Shown here: in pieces, positions 13,650 through 27,500 of the stretch | How positions within the stretch are numbered: the first letter of the stretch is position 1 | Layout: every line of letters begins with the position of its first letter | Source of the DNA: Pecten maximus | Taxonomy: Eukaryota | Length of the DNA: 64,000 nt | NCBI RefSeq assembly: GCF_902652985.1 | Contig: NC_047027.1 | Span: 32,116,001 to 32,180,000 of the forward strand | Direction of reading: 5' to 3' | Translations under genes and position numbers: made by a program | Notes under the pieces: model-generated | Databases searched by the model: none | What the model was told of the DNA's origin: nothing | What the model saw: the letters and a program-made list of their open reading frames with translations, nothing else

Positions 13650-13782
13650 CATCACCAGCAGGAAGAGCTGGAGGTGACCGACACTGACAGTACGGTCAAG
13701 GTTTACAGTGAACGTCCACATCTGGTCAGTTTGGGCAGTGGTCGGCTGTCCACAGCTGTCACCATAGTACCACTACAGGAAG
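13650..13782 (+). CDS. PHLDB1: PHLDB1/LL5-like coding exon 2 (start of FHA-like domain)
   Basis: Acceptor attttccAG|CAT and donor GAAG|GTCAGT. Encodes ...KVYSERPHLVSLGSGRLSTAVTIVPLQEG, which I recognise as matching the PHLDB1 N-terminus (KVQTDKPHLVSLGSGRLSTAITLLPLEEG). Ends in phase 1. Confidence 0.92.
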
Positions 13783-13844
13783 GTCAGTACTGTTCCTCAT
13801 TAAGGTCAGACATATCAGTAGCTACAGGTCATCATCACCATAAT

Positions 13845-14375
13845 ACTAGAGGTGAAGGTCACTATCACAGTCAGTACCAAAGGTCAAGGTCACTATCACT
13901 GTCAGTACCTAAAGTCACTATCACAGTCAGTACCAAAGGTCAAGTTCAGCATCACTTTCAGTACCAAAGGTCAAGGTCACTCTCCTGTCATTACCAAAGG
14001 TTAGCGTCACCATCACGGTCAGTACGAAAGGTCAAGGACACATCACTGTCAGTACCTATAAGGTCAAGGTCACTTTATATCACCATTAATACCAAAGGTC
14101 AACTTCACCATCACAGTCATTACCTAAGATCAATGTCACTTTGTATCATAATCAGTATCAAGGTCAACTTCACCATCACTGTCAGTACCAAAGGTCAAGG
14201 TCACTTGATATCATATTCAATAACAAGGTCACTATCACTTTTAATCCCAAAGTTAGGTCACCATTACTGACAGTACCAAAGTTCAAGGTCACTCTATATT
14301 GCAATTAGTACCAAGGTCAAGGTCACTATCACCTATTGTCCCAAAGTCAGGGTACAAACAGCATCAGGTCACTCA
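13845..14375. repeat. Degenerate ~31-bp repeat (cagtaccaaaggtcaaggtcactatcactgt)
   Basis: Directly visible downstream of the exon 2 donor. Confidence 0.85.
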
Positions 14376-14529
14376 CCTTAAGTATCCAAAATCTTAATAT
14401 CAGTTCATAGTAACAACTATTTTACTCTTTTGCACAAATATTTCCAAACGAACCTGTACACTTTCAATGCTGTAAATATTTACATTATAATCCATATCTA
14501 CAATCATGTTATGGATTTATGTGATGTAG

Positions 14530-14712
14530 GTCGCACAGATATCGGGACGGCAAACTGTGCCGTGATGCCGGATATAGTGATACAGGGTACAGGCATTGAG
14601 GATGAGCACTGCTATATCGACAACATCTACGGAACGATCACGCTGCACCCTATAGCCAGGATGTGTTCTATAGATGGAAAGATCATCACAGAGCCTACCA
14701 AACTGTCACAAG
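14530..14712 (+). CDS. PHLDB1: PHLDB1/LL5-like coding exon 3 (FHA-like core)
   Basis: Acceptor gatgtAG|GT and donor CAAG|GTCAGT; 183 nt, phase 1-1. Encodes GRTDIGTANCAVMPDIVIQGTGIEDEHCYIDNIYGTITLHPIARMCSIDGKIITEPTKLSQG, carrying the kinesin-3/PHLDB-type FHA motifs (DI.IQG.GI..EHC.I, L.QG). Confidence 0.92.
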
Positions 14713-15178
14713 GTCAGTGTCTTTATGTCTCAACACAAGTAAATCTAGCCCCATTTGTTAACTGTTTGTAGATAAATTTTCCCATTAGAATTTTCTTTTC
14801 CCTTGGCCTTACAAATTCATCTAACAACTGGTAAAAATTCCTCAAATATTTTGCTTCATTTTCCCCATAAAAACAAAGTTTTCATTTTTTTCTTAATATT
14901 TTTCTATCAATTGTTATGCCAATATATCTAGACCTTACAATTTCATTTATATCTTTTTTTCAATCAGGTTAGATAAATACCAAATTATCAAATTGAACCA
15001 TTGTAATTTACATGCCTGAATCATGTATGCTAACAATTTTAAAACAATTAAAAGGGAAAACCTTAAAATCAGATTCTGTTTGGTGAGAGGTAGTCTTCCT
15101 GTCCCCTAGGATCCCTGGCCTTTTCCTCTAGATATGAAAAAAGGTATACACTCTTAACCCTACCTTAATCCCGGGTCT

Positions 15179-16250
15179 AGGTCAGTGTGTGTACCTCATG
15201 GTTAGTGTGTGTACTTCAAGGTCAGTGTCTATATCTAAAGGCCAGTGTCTATATCTGAAGGTCAGTGTGTGTACCTCAAGGTCAGTGTCTATATCTGAAG
15301 GTCAGTGTGTGTACCTCACGGTCAGTGTGTGTACCTCAAGGTCAGTGTGAGTACCTCAAGGTCAGTGTCTGTACCTCAAGGTCAGTGTCTATATCTAAAG
15401 GTCAGTGTCTGCATTTGAAGGTCAGTGTCTGTACCTAAAGGTCAGTGTCTATATCTAAAGGTCAGTGTCTGCATTTCAAGGTCAGTGTCTGTACCTCAAG
15501 GTCAGTGTCTATATCTAAAGGTCAGTGTCTGCATTTGAAGGTCAGTGTCTGTACCTAAAGGTCAGTGTCTATATCTAAAGGTCAGTGTCGGCATTTCAAG
15601 GTCAGTGTCTGTACCTCAAGGTCAGTGTCTATATCTAAAGGTCAGTGTCTGCATTTCAAGGTCAGTGTCTGTACCTCAAGGTCAGTGTCTGTACCTCAAG
15701 TTCAGTGTCTATATCTAAAGGTCAGTGTCTGCATTTCAAGGTCAGTGTCTGTACCTCAAGGTCAGTGTATGTACCTTAAGGTCAGTGTCTGCCTCAAGGT
15801 CAGTGTCTATATCTAAATGTCAGTTCCTGTACCTCAAGGTCAGTGTCTGTACCTCAAGGTCAGTGTCTGTACCTCAAGGTCAGTGTCTGTACCTCAAGGT
15901 CAGTGTCTGTACCTCAAGGTCAGTGTCTGTACCTCAAGGTCAGTGTCTGTACTTCAAGTTCAGTGTCTGTACCTCAAGGTCGTTGTCTGTACCTCAAGGT
16001 CGGTGTCTGTACTTCAAGGTCAGTGTCTGTATCTCAAGGTCAGTGTCTACTTCAAGGTTAGTGTCTACCTCAAGGTCAGTGTCTGTACCTCAAGGTCAGT
16101 GTTTGTATCTGATAGCCAGTGTCTGTGACTGAAGGTCGATGTGTTTATCTGAAGGTCAATGCCTACTTCTCAATGTCAATATTTATATATCAATGTAAGG
16201 ATTTAAATCTCAAGGTCAGTGTCTCTATCTCAAGGTCAGTGTCTTTATCT
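15179..16250. repeat. 20-bp minisatellite (caaggtcagtgtctgtacct), ~50 copies
   Basis: Directly visible; unit matches the exon 3 donor junction. Confidence 0.95.
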
Positions 16251-16600
16251 GAGGGACATTGATAATAATGGGGTCAATGTTGGTATACCAAGGTCAATAT
16301 ATGGATGTCAATTTATTGATGACAATGATGATCTTTCCAGGAATCTTTCCTCTGAGGTCTGTTTCCCATTAGTCATTATTCAATCTTTGTTATGGCTACT
16401 TGGTCTGAAGAACCGACAAAAGAAGATGCTTTATCAGATTTCATTAGTAGCTGTCCTCTGGGTCTTTACCTGTGTATCTTTAATCTCTAGTATGATAAGG
16501 AGAGTAACAATTTTAGAAAGTTGTCTCTTTTTCTCATTATCCATAGCTTCAAATCAATAAGTCTTGGCTTACATGAACTACATGCACAGTCAAGTATTTC

Positions 16601-19600
16601 CATGGTAACAGTGTGACTACCATGGTAACATCTACTGTATCTTTGTGACAGTGTGACTACCATGGTAACATCCACTGTATCTTTGTCTGTGACAGTGTGA
16701 CTACCATGGTAACATCCACTGTATCTTTGTCTGTGACAGTGACTACCATGGTAACATCCACTGTATCGTTGTGACAGTGTGACTACCATGGTAACATCCA
16801 CTGTATCTTTGTCTGTGACAGTGTGACTACCATGGTAACATCCACTGTATCTTTGTCTGTGACAGTGTGACTAACATGGTAACATCTACTGTATCTTTGT
16901 CTGTGACAGTGACTACCATGGTAACATCCACTGTATCTTTGTCTGTGACAGTGTGACTACCATGGTAACATCCACTGTATCTTTGTCTGTGACAGTGTGA
17001 CTACCATGGTAACATCCACTGTATCTTTGTCTGTGACAGTGTGACTACCATGGTAACAACCACTGTATCTTTGTCTGTGACAGTGACTACCATGGTAACA
17101 TCCACTGTATCTTTGTCTGTGACAGTGACTACCATGGTAACATCCACTGTATCTTTGTCTGTGACAGTGTGACTACCATGGTAACATCCACTGTATCTTT
17201 GTCTGTGACAGTGTGACTACCATGGTAACATCCACTGTATATTTGTCTGTGACAGTGTGACTACCATGGTAACATCCACTGTATCTTTGTCTGACAGTGA
17301 CTACCATGGTAACATCCACTGTATCTTTGTCTGTGACAGTGTGACTACCATGTTAACATCCACTGTATCTTTGTCTGTGACAGTGTGACTACCATGGTTA
17401 CATCTACTGTATCTTTGTCTGTGACAGTGTGACTACCATGGTAACATCCACTGTATCTTTGTCTGTGACAGTGACTACCATGGTAACATCCACTGTATCT
17501 TTGTCTGTGACAGTGTGACTACCATGGTAACATCCACTGTATCTTTGTCTGTGACAGTGTGACTACCATGGTAACATCCACTGTATCTTTGTCTGTGACA
17601 GTGTGACTACCATGGTAACATCCACTGTATCTTTGTCTGTGACAGTGTGACTACCATGGTAACATCCACTGTATCTTTGTCTGTGACAGTGTGACTACCA
17701 TGGTAACATCCACTGTATCTTTGTCTGTGACAGCGTGACTACCATGGTAACATCCACTGTATCTTTGTCTGTGACAGCGTGACTACCATGGTAACATCTA
17801 CTGTATCTTTGTCTGTGACAGTGTGACTACCATGGTTACATCCACTGTATCTTTGTCTGTGACAGTGTGACTACCATTGTAACATCCACTGTATCTTTGT
17901 GACAGTGACTACCATGGTAACATCCACTGTATCTTTGTCTGTGACAGTGTGACTACCATGGTAACATCCACTGTATCTTTGTCTGTGACAGTGTGACTAC
18001 CATGGTAACATCCACTGTATCTTTGTCTGTGACAGTGTGACTACCATGGTTACATCCACTGTATCTTTGTCTGTGACAGTGTGACTACCATGGTAACATC
18101 CACTGTATCTTTGTCTGTGACAGCGTGACTACCATGGTAACATCCACTGTATCTTTGTGACAGTGTGACTACCATGGTAACATCCACTGTATCTTTGTCT
18201 GTGACAGTGTGACTACCATGGTAACATCTACTGTATCTTTGTCTGTGACAGTGTGACTACCATGGTAACATCTACTGTATCTTTGTCTGTGACAGTGTGA
18301 CTACCATGGTAACATCTACTGTATCTTTGTGACAGTGTGACTACCATAGTAACATCCACTGTATCTTTGTCTGTGACAGTGTGACTACCATGGTAACATC
18401 TACTGTATCTTTGTCTGTGACAGTGTGACTACCATGGTAACATCTACTGTATCTTTGTCTGTGACAGTGTGACTACCATGGTAACATCCACTGTATCTTT
18501 GTCTGTGACAGTGACTACCATGGTAACATCCACTGTATCTTTGTCTGTGACAGTGACTACCATGGTAACATCCACTGTATCTTTGTCTGTGACAGTGTGA
18601 CTACCATGGTAACATCCACTGTATCTTTGTCTGTGACAGTGTGACTACCATGGTAACATCCACTGTATCTTTGTCTGTGGCAGTGTGACTACCATGGTAA
18701 CATCCACTGTATCTTTGTGACAGTGTGACTACCATGGTAACATCCACTGTATCTTTGTCTGTGACAGTGACTACCATGGTAACATCCACTGTATCTTTGT
18801 CTGTGACAGTGTGACTACCATGGTAACATCTACTGTATCTTTGTGACAGTGTGACTACCATGGTAACATCCACTGTATCTTTGTCTGTGACAGTGTGACT
18901 ACCATGGTAACATCCACTGTATCTTTGTCTGTGACAGTGTGACTACCATGGTAACATCCACTTTATCTTTGTCTGTGACAGTGTGACTACCATTGTAACA
19001 TCCACTGTATCTTTGTCTGTGACAGTGTGACTACCATGGTAACATCCACTGTATCTTTGTGACAGTGTGACTACCATGGTAACATCCACTGTATCTTTGT
19101 CTGTGACAGTGTGACTACCATGGTAACATCTACTGTATCTTTGTCTGTGACAGTGTGACTACCATGGTAACATCCACTGTATCTTTGTCTGTGACAGTGA
19201 CTACCATGGTAACATCCACTGTATCTTTGTCTGTGACAGTGTGACTACCATGGTAACATCCACTGTATCTTTGTCTGTGACAGTGTGACTACCATGGTAA
19301 CATCCATTGTATCTTTGTCCGTGACAGTGACAACCATGGTAACATCCACTGTATCTTTGTCTGTGACAGTGATTACTATGGTAACATCCACTGTATCTTT
19401 GTCTGTGACAGTGTGACTACCATGGTAACATCCACTGTATCTTTGTCTGTGACAGTGTGACTACCATGGTAACATCTACTGTATCTTTGTCTGTGACAGT
19501 GACTACCATGGTAACATCCACTGTATCTTTGTCTGTGACAGTGTGACTACCATGGTATCATCCACTGTATCTTTGTCTTTGACAGTGTGACTACCATGGT

Positions 19601-22472
19601 AACATCCACTGTATCTTTGTCTGTGACAGTGACTACCATGGTAACATCCACTGTATCTTTGTCTGTGACAGTGTGACTACCATGGTAACATCCACTGTAT
19701 CTTTGTCTGTGACAGTGTGACTACCATGGTAACATCCACTGTATATTTGTCTGTGACAGTGTGACTACCATGGTAACATCCACTGTATCTTTGTCTGACA
19801 GTGACTACCATGGTAACATCCACTGTATCTTTGTCTGTGACAGTGTGACTACCATGGTAACATCCACTGTATCTTTGTCTGTGACAGTGTGACTACCATG
19901 GTAACATCTACTGTATCTTTGTCTGTGACAGTGTGACTACCATGGTAACATCCACTGTATCTTTGTCTGTGACAGTGACTACCATGGTAACATCCACTGT
20001 ATCTTTGTCTGTGACAGTGTGACTACCATGGTAACATCCACTGTATCTTTGTCTGTGACAGTGTGACTACCATGGTAACATCCACTGTATCTTTGTCTGT
20101 GACAGTGTGACTACCATGGTAACATCCACTGTATCTTTGTCTGTGACAGTGTGACTACCATGGTAACATCCACTGTATCTTTGTCTGTGACAGTGTGACT
20201 ACCATGGTAACATCCACTGTATCTTTGTCTGTGACAGTGTGACTACCATGGTAACATCCACTGTATCTTTGTCTGTGACAGCGTGACTACCATGGTAACA
20301 TCTACTGTATCTTTGTCTGTGACAGTGTGACTACCATGGTTACATCCACTGTATCTTTGTCTGTGACAGTGTGACTACCATTGTAACATCCACTGTATCT
20401 TTGTGACAGTGACTACCATGGTAACATCCACTGTATCTTTGTCTGTGACAGTGTGACTACCATGGTAACATCCACTGTATCTTTGTCTGTGACAGTGTGA
20501 CTACCATGGTAACATCCACTGTATCTTTGTCTGTGACAGTGTGACTACCATGGTTACATCCACTGTATCTTTGTCTGTGACAGTGTGACTACCATGGTAA
20601 CATCCACTGTATCTTTGTCTGTGACAGCGTGACTACCATGGTAACATCCACTGTATCTTTTTGACAGTGTGACTACCATGGTAACATCCACTGTATCTTT
20701 GTCTGTGACAGTGTGACTACCATGGTAACATCTACTGTATCTTTGTCTGTGACAGTGTGACTACCATGGTAACATCTACTGTATCTTTGTCTGTGACAGT
20801 GTGACTACCATGGTAACATCTACTGTATCTTTGTGACAGTGTGACTACCATGGTAACATCCACTGTATCTTTGTCTGTGACAGTGTGACTACCATGGTAA
20901 CATCTACTGTATCTTTGTCTGTGACAGTGTGACTACCATGGTAACATCTACTGTATCTTTGTCTGTGACAGTGTGACTACCATGGTAACATCCACTGTAT
21001 CTTTGTCTGTGACAGTGACTACCATGGTAACATCCACTGTATCTTTGTCTGTGACAGTGACTACCATGGTAACATCCACTGTATCTTTGTCTGTGACAGT
21101 GTGACTACCATGGTAACATCCACTGTATCTTTGTCTGTGACAGTGTGACTACCATGGTAACATCCACTGTATCTTTGTCTGTGGCAGTGTGACTACCATG
21201 GTAACATCCACTGTATCTTTGTCTGTGACAGTGACTACCATGGTAACATCCACTGTATCTTTGTCTGTGACAGTGTGACTACCATGGTAACATCCATTGT
21301 ATCTTTGTCCGTGACAGTGACAACCATGGTAACATCCACTGTATCTTTGTCTGTGACAGTGACTACTATGGTAACATCCACTGTATCTTTGTCTGTGACA
21401 GTGTGACTACCATGGTAACATCCACTGTATCTTTGTCTGTGACAGTGTGACTACCATGGTAACATCTACTGTATCTTTGTCTGTGACAGTGACTACCATG
21501 GTAACATCCACTGTATCTTTGTCTGTGACAGTGTGACTACCATGGTATCATCCACTGTATCTTTGTCTTTGACAGTGTGACTACCATGGTAACATCCACT
21601 GTATCTTTGTCTGTGACAGTGTGACTACCATGGTAACATCCACTGTATCTTTGTCTGTGACAGTGACTACCATGGTAACATCCACTGTATCTTTGTCTGT
21701 GACAGTGTGACTACCATGGTAACATCCACTGTATCTTTGTCTGTGACAGTGTGACTACCATGGTAACATCTACTGTATCTTTGTCTGTGACAGTGTGACT
21801 ACCATGGTAACATCCACTGTATCTTTGTCTGTGACAGTGTGACTACCATGGTAACATCTACTGTATCTTTGTCTGTGACAGTGTGACTACCATGGTAACA
21901 TCCACTGTATCTTTGTCTGTGACAGTGTGACTACCATGGTAACATCCACTGTATCTTTGTCTGTGACAGTGACTACCATGGTTACATCCACTGTATCTTT
22001 GTCTGTGACAGTGTGACTACCATGGTAACATCTACTGTATCTTTGTCTGTGACAGTGTGACTACCATGGTAACATCCACTGTATCTTTGTCTGTGACAGT
22101 GTGACTACCATGGTAACATCCACTGTATCTTTGTCTGTGACAGTGTGACTACCATGGTAACATCCACTGTATCTTTGTCTGTGACAGTGTGACTACCATG
22201 GTAACATCCACTGTATCTTTGTGACAGTGTGACTACCATGGTAACATCCACTGTATCTTTGTCTGTGACAGTGTGACTACCATGGTAACATCCACTGTAT
22301 CTTTGTCTGTGACAGTGTGACTACCATGGTAACATCCACTGTATCTTTGTCTGTGACAGTGACTACCATGGTAACATCCACTGTATCTTTGTGACAGTGT
22401 GACTACCATGGTAACATCCACTGTATCTTTGTCTGTGACAGTGTGACTACCATGGTAACATCCACTGTATCT
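16601..22472. repeat. 44-bp minisatellite (gactaccatggtaacatccactgtatctttgtctgtgacagtgt), ~135 copies, with 42- and 40-bp variants
   Basis: Directly visible. Confidence 0.98.
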
Positions 22473-22565
22473 TGTATAGATTAACATTGATTTTATAATA
22501 CATAGTTACATTTTATAATACATAGTTACATTTTATAATACATAGTTACATTTCCAGGATTAAAC

Positions 22566-24140
22566 TGATGTTTGTAAATTATTGTGTGAGTGATGGGGTA
22601 GGAATCCTGATGTTTGTAAATTATTGTGTGAGTGATGGGGTAGGAATCCTGATGTTTGTAAATTATTGTGTGAGTGATGGGGTAGGAATCCTGATGTTTG
22701 TAAATTATTGTGTGAGTGATGGGGTAGGAATCCTGATGTTTGTAAATTATTGTGTGAGTGATGGGGTAGGAATCCTGATGTTTGTAAATTATTGTGTGAG
22801 TGATGGGGTAGGAATCCTGATGTTTGTAAATTATTGTGTGAGTGATGGGGTAGGAATCCTGATGTTTGTAAATTATTGTGTGAGTGATGGGGTAGGAATC
22901 CTGATGTTTGTAAATTATTGTGTGAGTGATGGGGTAGGAATCCTGATGTTTGTAAATTATTGTGTGAGTGATGGGGTAGGAATCCTGATGTTTGTAAATT
23001 ATTGTGTGAGTGATGGGGGTAGGAATCCTGATGTTTGTGAATTATTGTGTGAGTGATGGGGTAGGAATCCTGATGTTTGTAAATTATTGTGTGAGTGATG
23101 GGGTAGGAATCCTGATGTTTGTAAATTATTGTGTGAGTGATGGGGGTAGGAATCCTGATGTTTGTGAATTATTGTGTGAGTGATGGGGTAGGAATCCTGA
23201 TGTTTGTAAATTATTGTGTGAGTGATGGGGTAGGAATCCTGATGTTTGTAAATTATTGTGTGAGTGATGGGGTAGGAATCCTGATGTTTGTAAATTATTG
23301 TGTGAGTGATGGGGTAGGAATCCTGATGTTTGTAAATTATTGTGTGGGTGATGGGGTAGGAATCCTGATGTTTGTAAATTATTGTGTGAGTGATGGGGTA
23401 GGAATCCTGATGTTTGTAAATTATTGTGTGAGTGATGGGGTAGGAATCCTGATGTTTGTAAATTATTGTGTGAGTGATGGGGTAGGAATCCTGATGTTTG
23501 TAAATTATTGTGTGAGTGATGGGGTAGGAATCCTGATGTTTGTAAATTATTGTGTGAGTGATGGGGTAGGAATCCTGATGTTTGTAAATTATTGTGTGAG
23601 TGATGGGGTAGGAATCCTGATGTTTGTAAATTATTGTGTGAGTGATGGGGTAGGAATCCTGATGTTTGTAAATTATTGTGTGAGTGATGGGGTAGGAATC
23701 CTGATGTTTGTAAATTATTGTGTGAGTGATGGGGTAGGAATCCTGATGTTTGTAAATTATTGTGTGGGTGATGGGGTAGGAATCCTGATGTTTGTAAATT
23801 ATTGTGTGGGTGATGGGGTAGGAATCCTGATGTTTGTAAATTATTGTGTGGGTGATGGGGTAGGAATCCTGATGTTTGTGAATTATTGTGTGGGTGATGG
23901 GGTAGGAATCCTGATGTTTGTAAATTATTGTGTGAGTGATGGGGTAGGAATCCTGATGTTTGTAAATTATTGTGTGAGTGATGGGGTAGGAATCCTGATG
24001 TTTGTAAATTATTGTGTGGGTGATGGGGTAGGAATCCTGATGTTTGTAAATTATTGTGTGAGTGATGGGGTAGGAATCCTGATGTTTGTGAATTATTGTG
24101 TGGGTGATGGGGTAGGAATCCTGATGTTTGTGAATTATTG
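22566..24140. repeat. Highly homogeneous 42-bp minisatellite (gatgtttgtaaattattgtgtgagtgatggggtaggaatcct), ~37 copies
   Basis: Directly visible; explains the 162/353/411-aa repeat ORFs. Confidence 0.98.
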
Positions 24141-24521
24141 TAATTGTGCAGTGCATTATATAATTGTTGGCAGTAGTCAAATGGTCCATAAAATTTAACG
24201 GATTATTGAGTTTCCCTTTTTTAATTGTGAACATTGTACATCAGTAAATGTTTAAAACTAGAAACTGTATCTACACTTGTAGTTTCCAGCTTTAAACAAT
24301 TAATCAATGTCTGTCAATATTTAAGGTGTGTAATGTCAGGACTGGTGATCATGCTGTCTGGGACACAGCCCAGATATACATTACTGTTACAGTTTTTTTG
24401 TTTTGAGTTTTGTTTGTTTTATTGATAATTGTTTTTATGGTTTTATATATAATTGGAGGAAGTTAGGAATTGTAACGGAAGTAAAATCTGGATCTTAAAG
24501 TGTATTAATTAGTCATGGCAT

Positions 24522-27500
24522 AGACTAAAATACAGAGTAAGGACAGACTAAATTCAAGGTAAGGACAGACTAAATTCAGGGTAAGGACAGACTAGATTCA
24601 GGGTAAGGACAGACTTAATTCAGGGTAAGGACAGACTAAATTCAGGGTAAGGACATACTTAATTCAGGGTAAGGACAGACTAAATTCAGGGTAAGGACGG
24701 ACTAAATTCAGGGTAAGGACAGACTTAATTCAGGGTAAGGACAGACTAAATTCAGGGTAAGAACACACTAAATTCAGAATAAGGACAGACTAAATTCAGG
24801 GTAAGGACAGACTAAAATACATAGTAAGGACAGACTAAATTCAGAATAAGGACAGACTAAATTCAGGGTAAGGACTGACTAAATTCAGAGTAAGGACGGA
24901 CTAAATTCAGGGTAAGGACATACTTAATTCAGGGTAAGGACAGACTAAATTCAGGGTAAGGACAGACTAGATTCAGAGTAAGGACAGACTAAATTCAGGG
25001 TAAGGACAGACTAAATTCAGAGTAAGGACAGACTAAATTCAGGGTAAGGACAGACTAAATTGAGGGTAAGAACACACTAAATTGAGGGTAAGGACAGACT
25101 AAATTGAGGGTAAGGACTGACTCAATTCAGGGTAAGGACACACTAAATTCAGGGTAAGGACACACTAAATTCAGGGTAAGGACAGACTAAATACAGAGTA
25201 AGGACAGACTAAATTCAGAGTAAGGACAGACTAAATTCAGGGTAAGAACAGACTAAATTCAGGGTAAGGACTGACTAAATTCAGGGTAAGGACCGACTAA
25301 ATTCAGGGTAAAAACACACTAAATTCAGAATAAGGACAGACTAAATTCAGGGTAAGGACAGACTTAATTCAGGGTAAGGACAGACTTAATTCAGGGTAAG
25401 GACAGACTAACTTCAGGGTAAGGACAGACTAAATTCAGGGTAAGGACGGACTAAATTCAGGGTAAGGACAGACTTAATTCAGGGTAAGGACAGACTAGAT
25501 TCAGGGTAAGGACAGACTAAAATACATAGTAAGGACAGACTAAATTCAGAATAAGGACAGACTAAATTCAGGGTAAGGACAGACTAAATTCAGGGTAAGG
25601 ACAGACTAAATTCAGGGTAAGGACAGACTAAAATACATAGTAAGGACAGACTAAATTCAGAATAAGGACAGACTAAATTCAGGGTAAGGACTGACTAAAT
25701 TCAGGGTAAGGACAGACTAAATTCAGGGTAAGGATGGACTTCATTCAGGGTAGGGACTGACTAAATTCAGGGTAAGGACTGACTCAATTCAGAGTAACGA
25801 CAGACTAAATTCAGGGTAAGAACAGACTAAATTCAGGGTAAGGACAGACTTAATTCAGGGTAAGAACAGACTAAATTCAGGGTAAGGACTGACTAAATTC
25901 AGGGTAAGGACCGACTAAATTCAGGGTAAGAACACACTAAATTCAGAATAAGGACAGACTAAATTCAGGGTAAGAACAGACTAAATTCAGGGTAAGGACA
26001 GACGAAATTCAGGGTAAGGACAGACTAAATTCAGAATAAGGACAGACTAAATTCAGGGTAAGAACAGATTAAATTCAGGGTAAGGACAGACTAAATTCAG
26101 AGTAAGGACGGACTAAAATTCAGGGTAAGGACAGACTAAATTCAGGGTATAAGGACAGACTTAATTCAGGGTAAGGACAGACTAAATTCATGGTAAGGAT
26201 GGACTTCATTCAGGGTAAGGACAGACTGAATTCAGGGTAAGGACAGACTAAATTCAGAGTAAGGACAGTCTCAATTCAGAGTAAGGACAGACTAAATTCA
26301 TGGTAATGACTGACTAAATTTATGGTAAGGACAGACTAAATTCAGGGTAAAGATAGACTAAATTTATGGTAAGGACAGACTAAATTCAGTGTTTGGACAG
26401 ACTAAATTCAGAGTAAGGACAGACTAAATTCAGGGTAGGGACTGACTAAATTCAGGGTAAGGACTGACTCAATTCAGAGTAACGACAGACTAAATTCAGA
26501 GTAAGGACATACCAAAATTTAGGGTAAGGACAGACTAGATTCAGAGTAAGGACAGAATAGATTCAGAGTAAGGACAGAAGAAATTCACAGTAAGGACAGA
26601 CAAAATTCAGGGTAAGGATGGACTTCATTCAGGGTAGGGACTGACTAAATTCAGGGTAAGGACTGACTCAATTCAGAGTAACGACAGACTAAATTCAGAG
26701 TAAGGACATACCAAAATTTAGGGTAAGGACAGACTAGATTCAGAGTAAGGACAGACTAAATTCAGAGTAAGGACAGACTAACTTCAGGGTAAGGACAGAA
26801 TAGATTCAGAGTAAGGACAGAAGAAATTCACAGTAAGGACAGACTAAATTCAGGGTAAGGACAGACTAAATTCAGTGTTTGGACAGACTAGATTCAGAGT
26901 AAGGACAGACTAGATTCAGGGTAAGGACAGACTAGATTCAGAGTAAGGACAGACTAAAATTCAGGGTAAGAACGGCTAAATTCAGAATAAGGACAGACTA
27001 AATTCAGGGTAAGGACAGACTCATTTCAGAGTAAGAACAGACTAAATTCAGAGTAAGAACAGACTAAAATTCAGGGTAAGGACAGACTAAATTCAGGGTA
27101 AGGATGGACTTCATTCAGGGTAAGGACAGACTAAATTCAGGGTAAGGACGGTCTAAATTCAGAGTAATTAGGACAGTCTCAATTCAGAGTAAGGACAGTC
27201 TAAATTCATGGTAATGACTGACTAAATTTACGGTGAGGACAGACTGAATTCAGGGTAAAGATAGACTAAATTTATGGTAAGGACAGACTAAATTCAGTGT
27301 TTGGACAGACTAAATTCAGAGTAAGGACAGACTACATTCAGGGTAGGGGCTGACTAAATTCAGGATAAGGACTGACTAAATTCAGGGTATAAGGACAGAC
27401 TAAATGCAGGGTAAGGACAGACTCAATTCAGAGTAAGGACAGACTAAATTCAGGGTAAGGACTGACTCAATTCAGAGTAACGACAGACTAAATTCAGAGT

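Noticed and set aside
13783-14270. C-terminal part of the 210-aa ORF
   Set aside because: Read-through into intron 2 repeat; homology stops at the GT donor at 13783.
22568-24234. Long ORFs (162, 353, 411 aa) on both strands
   Set aside because: Translations of a 42-bp (multiple of 3) homogeneous satellite; no unique coding flanks or splice context.
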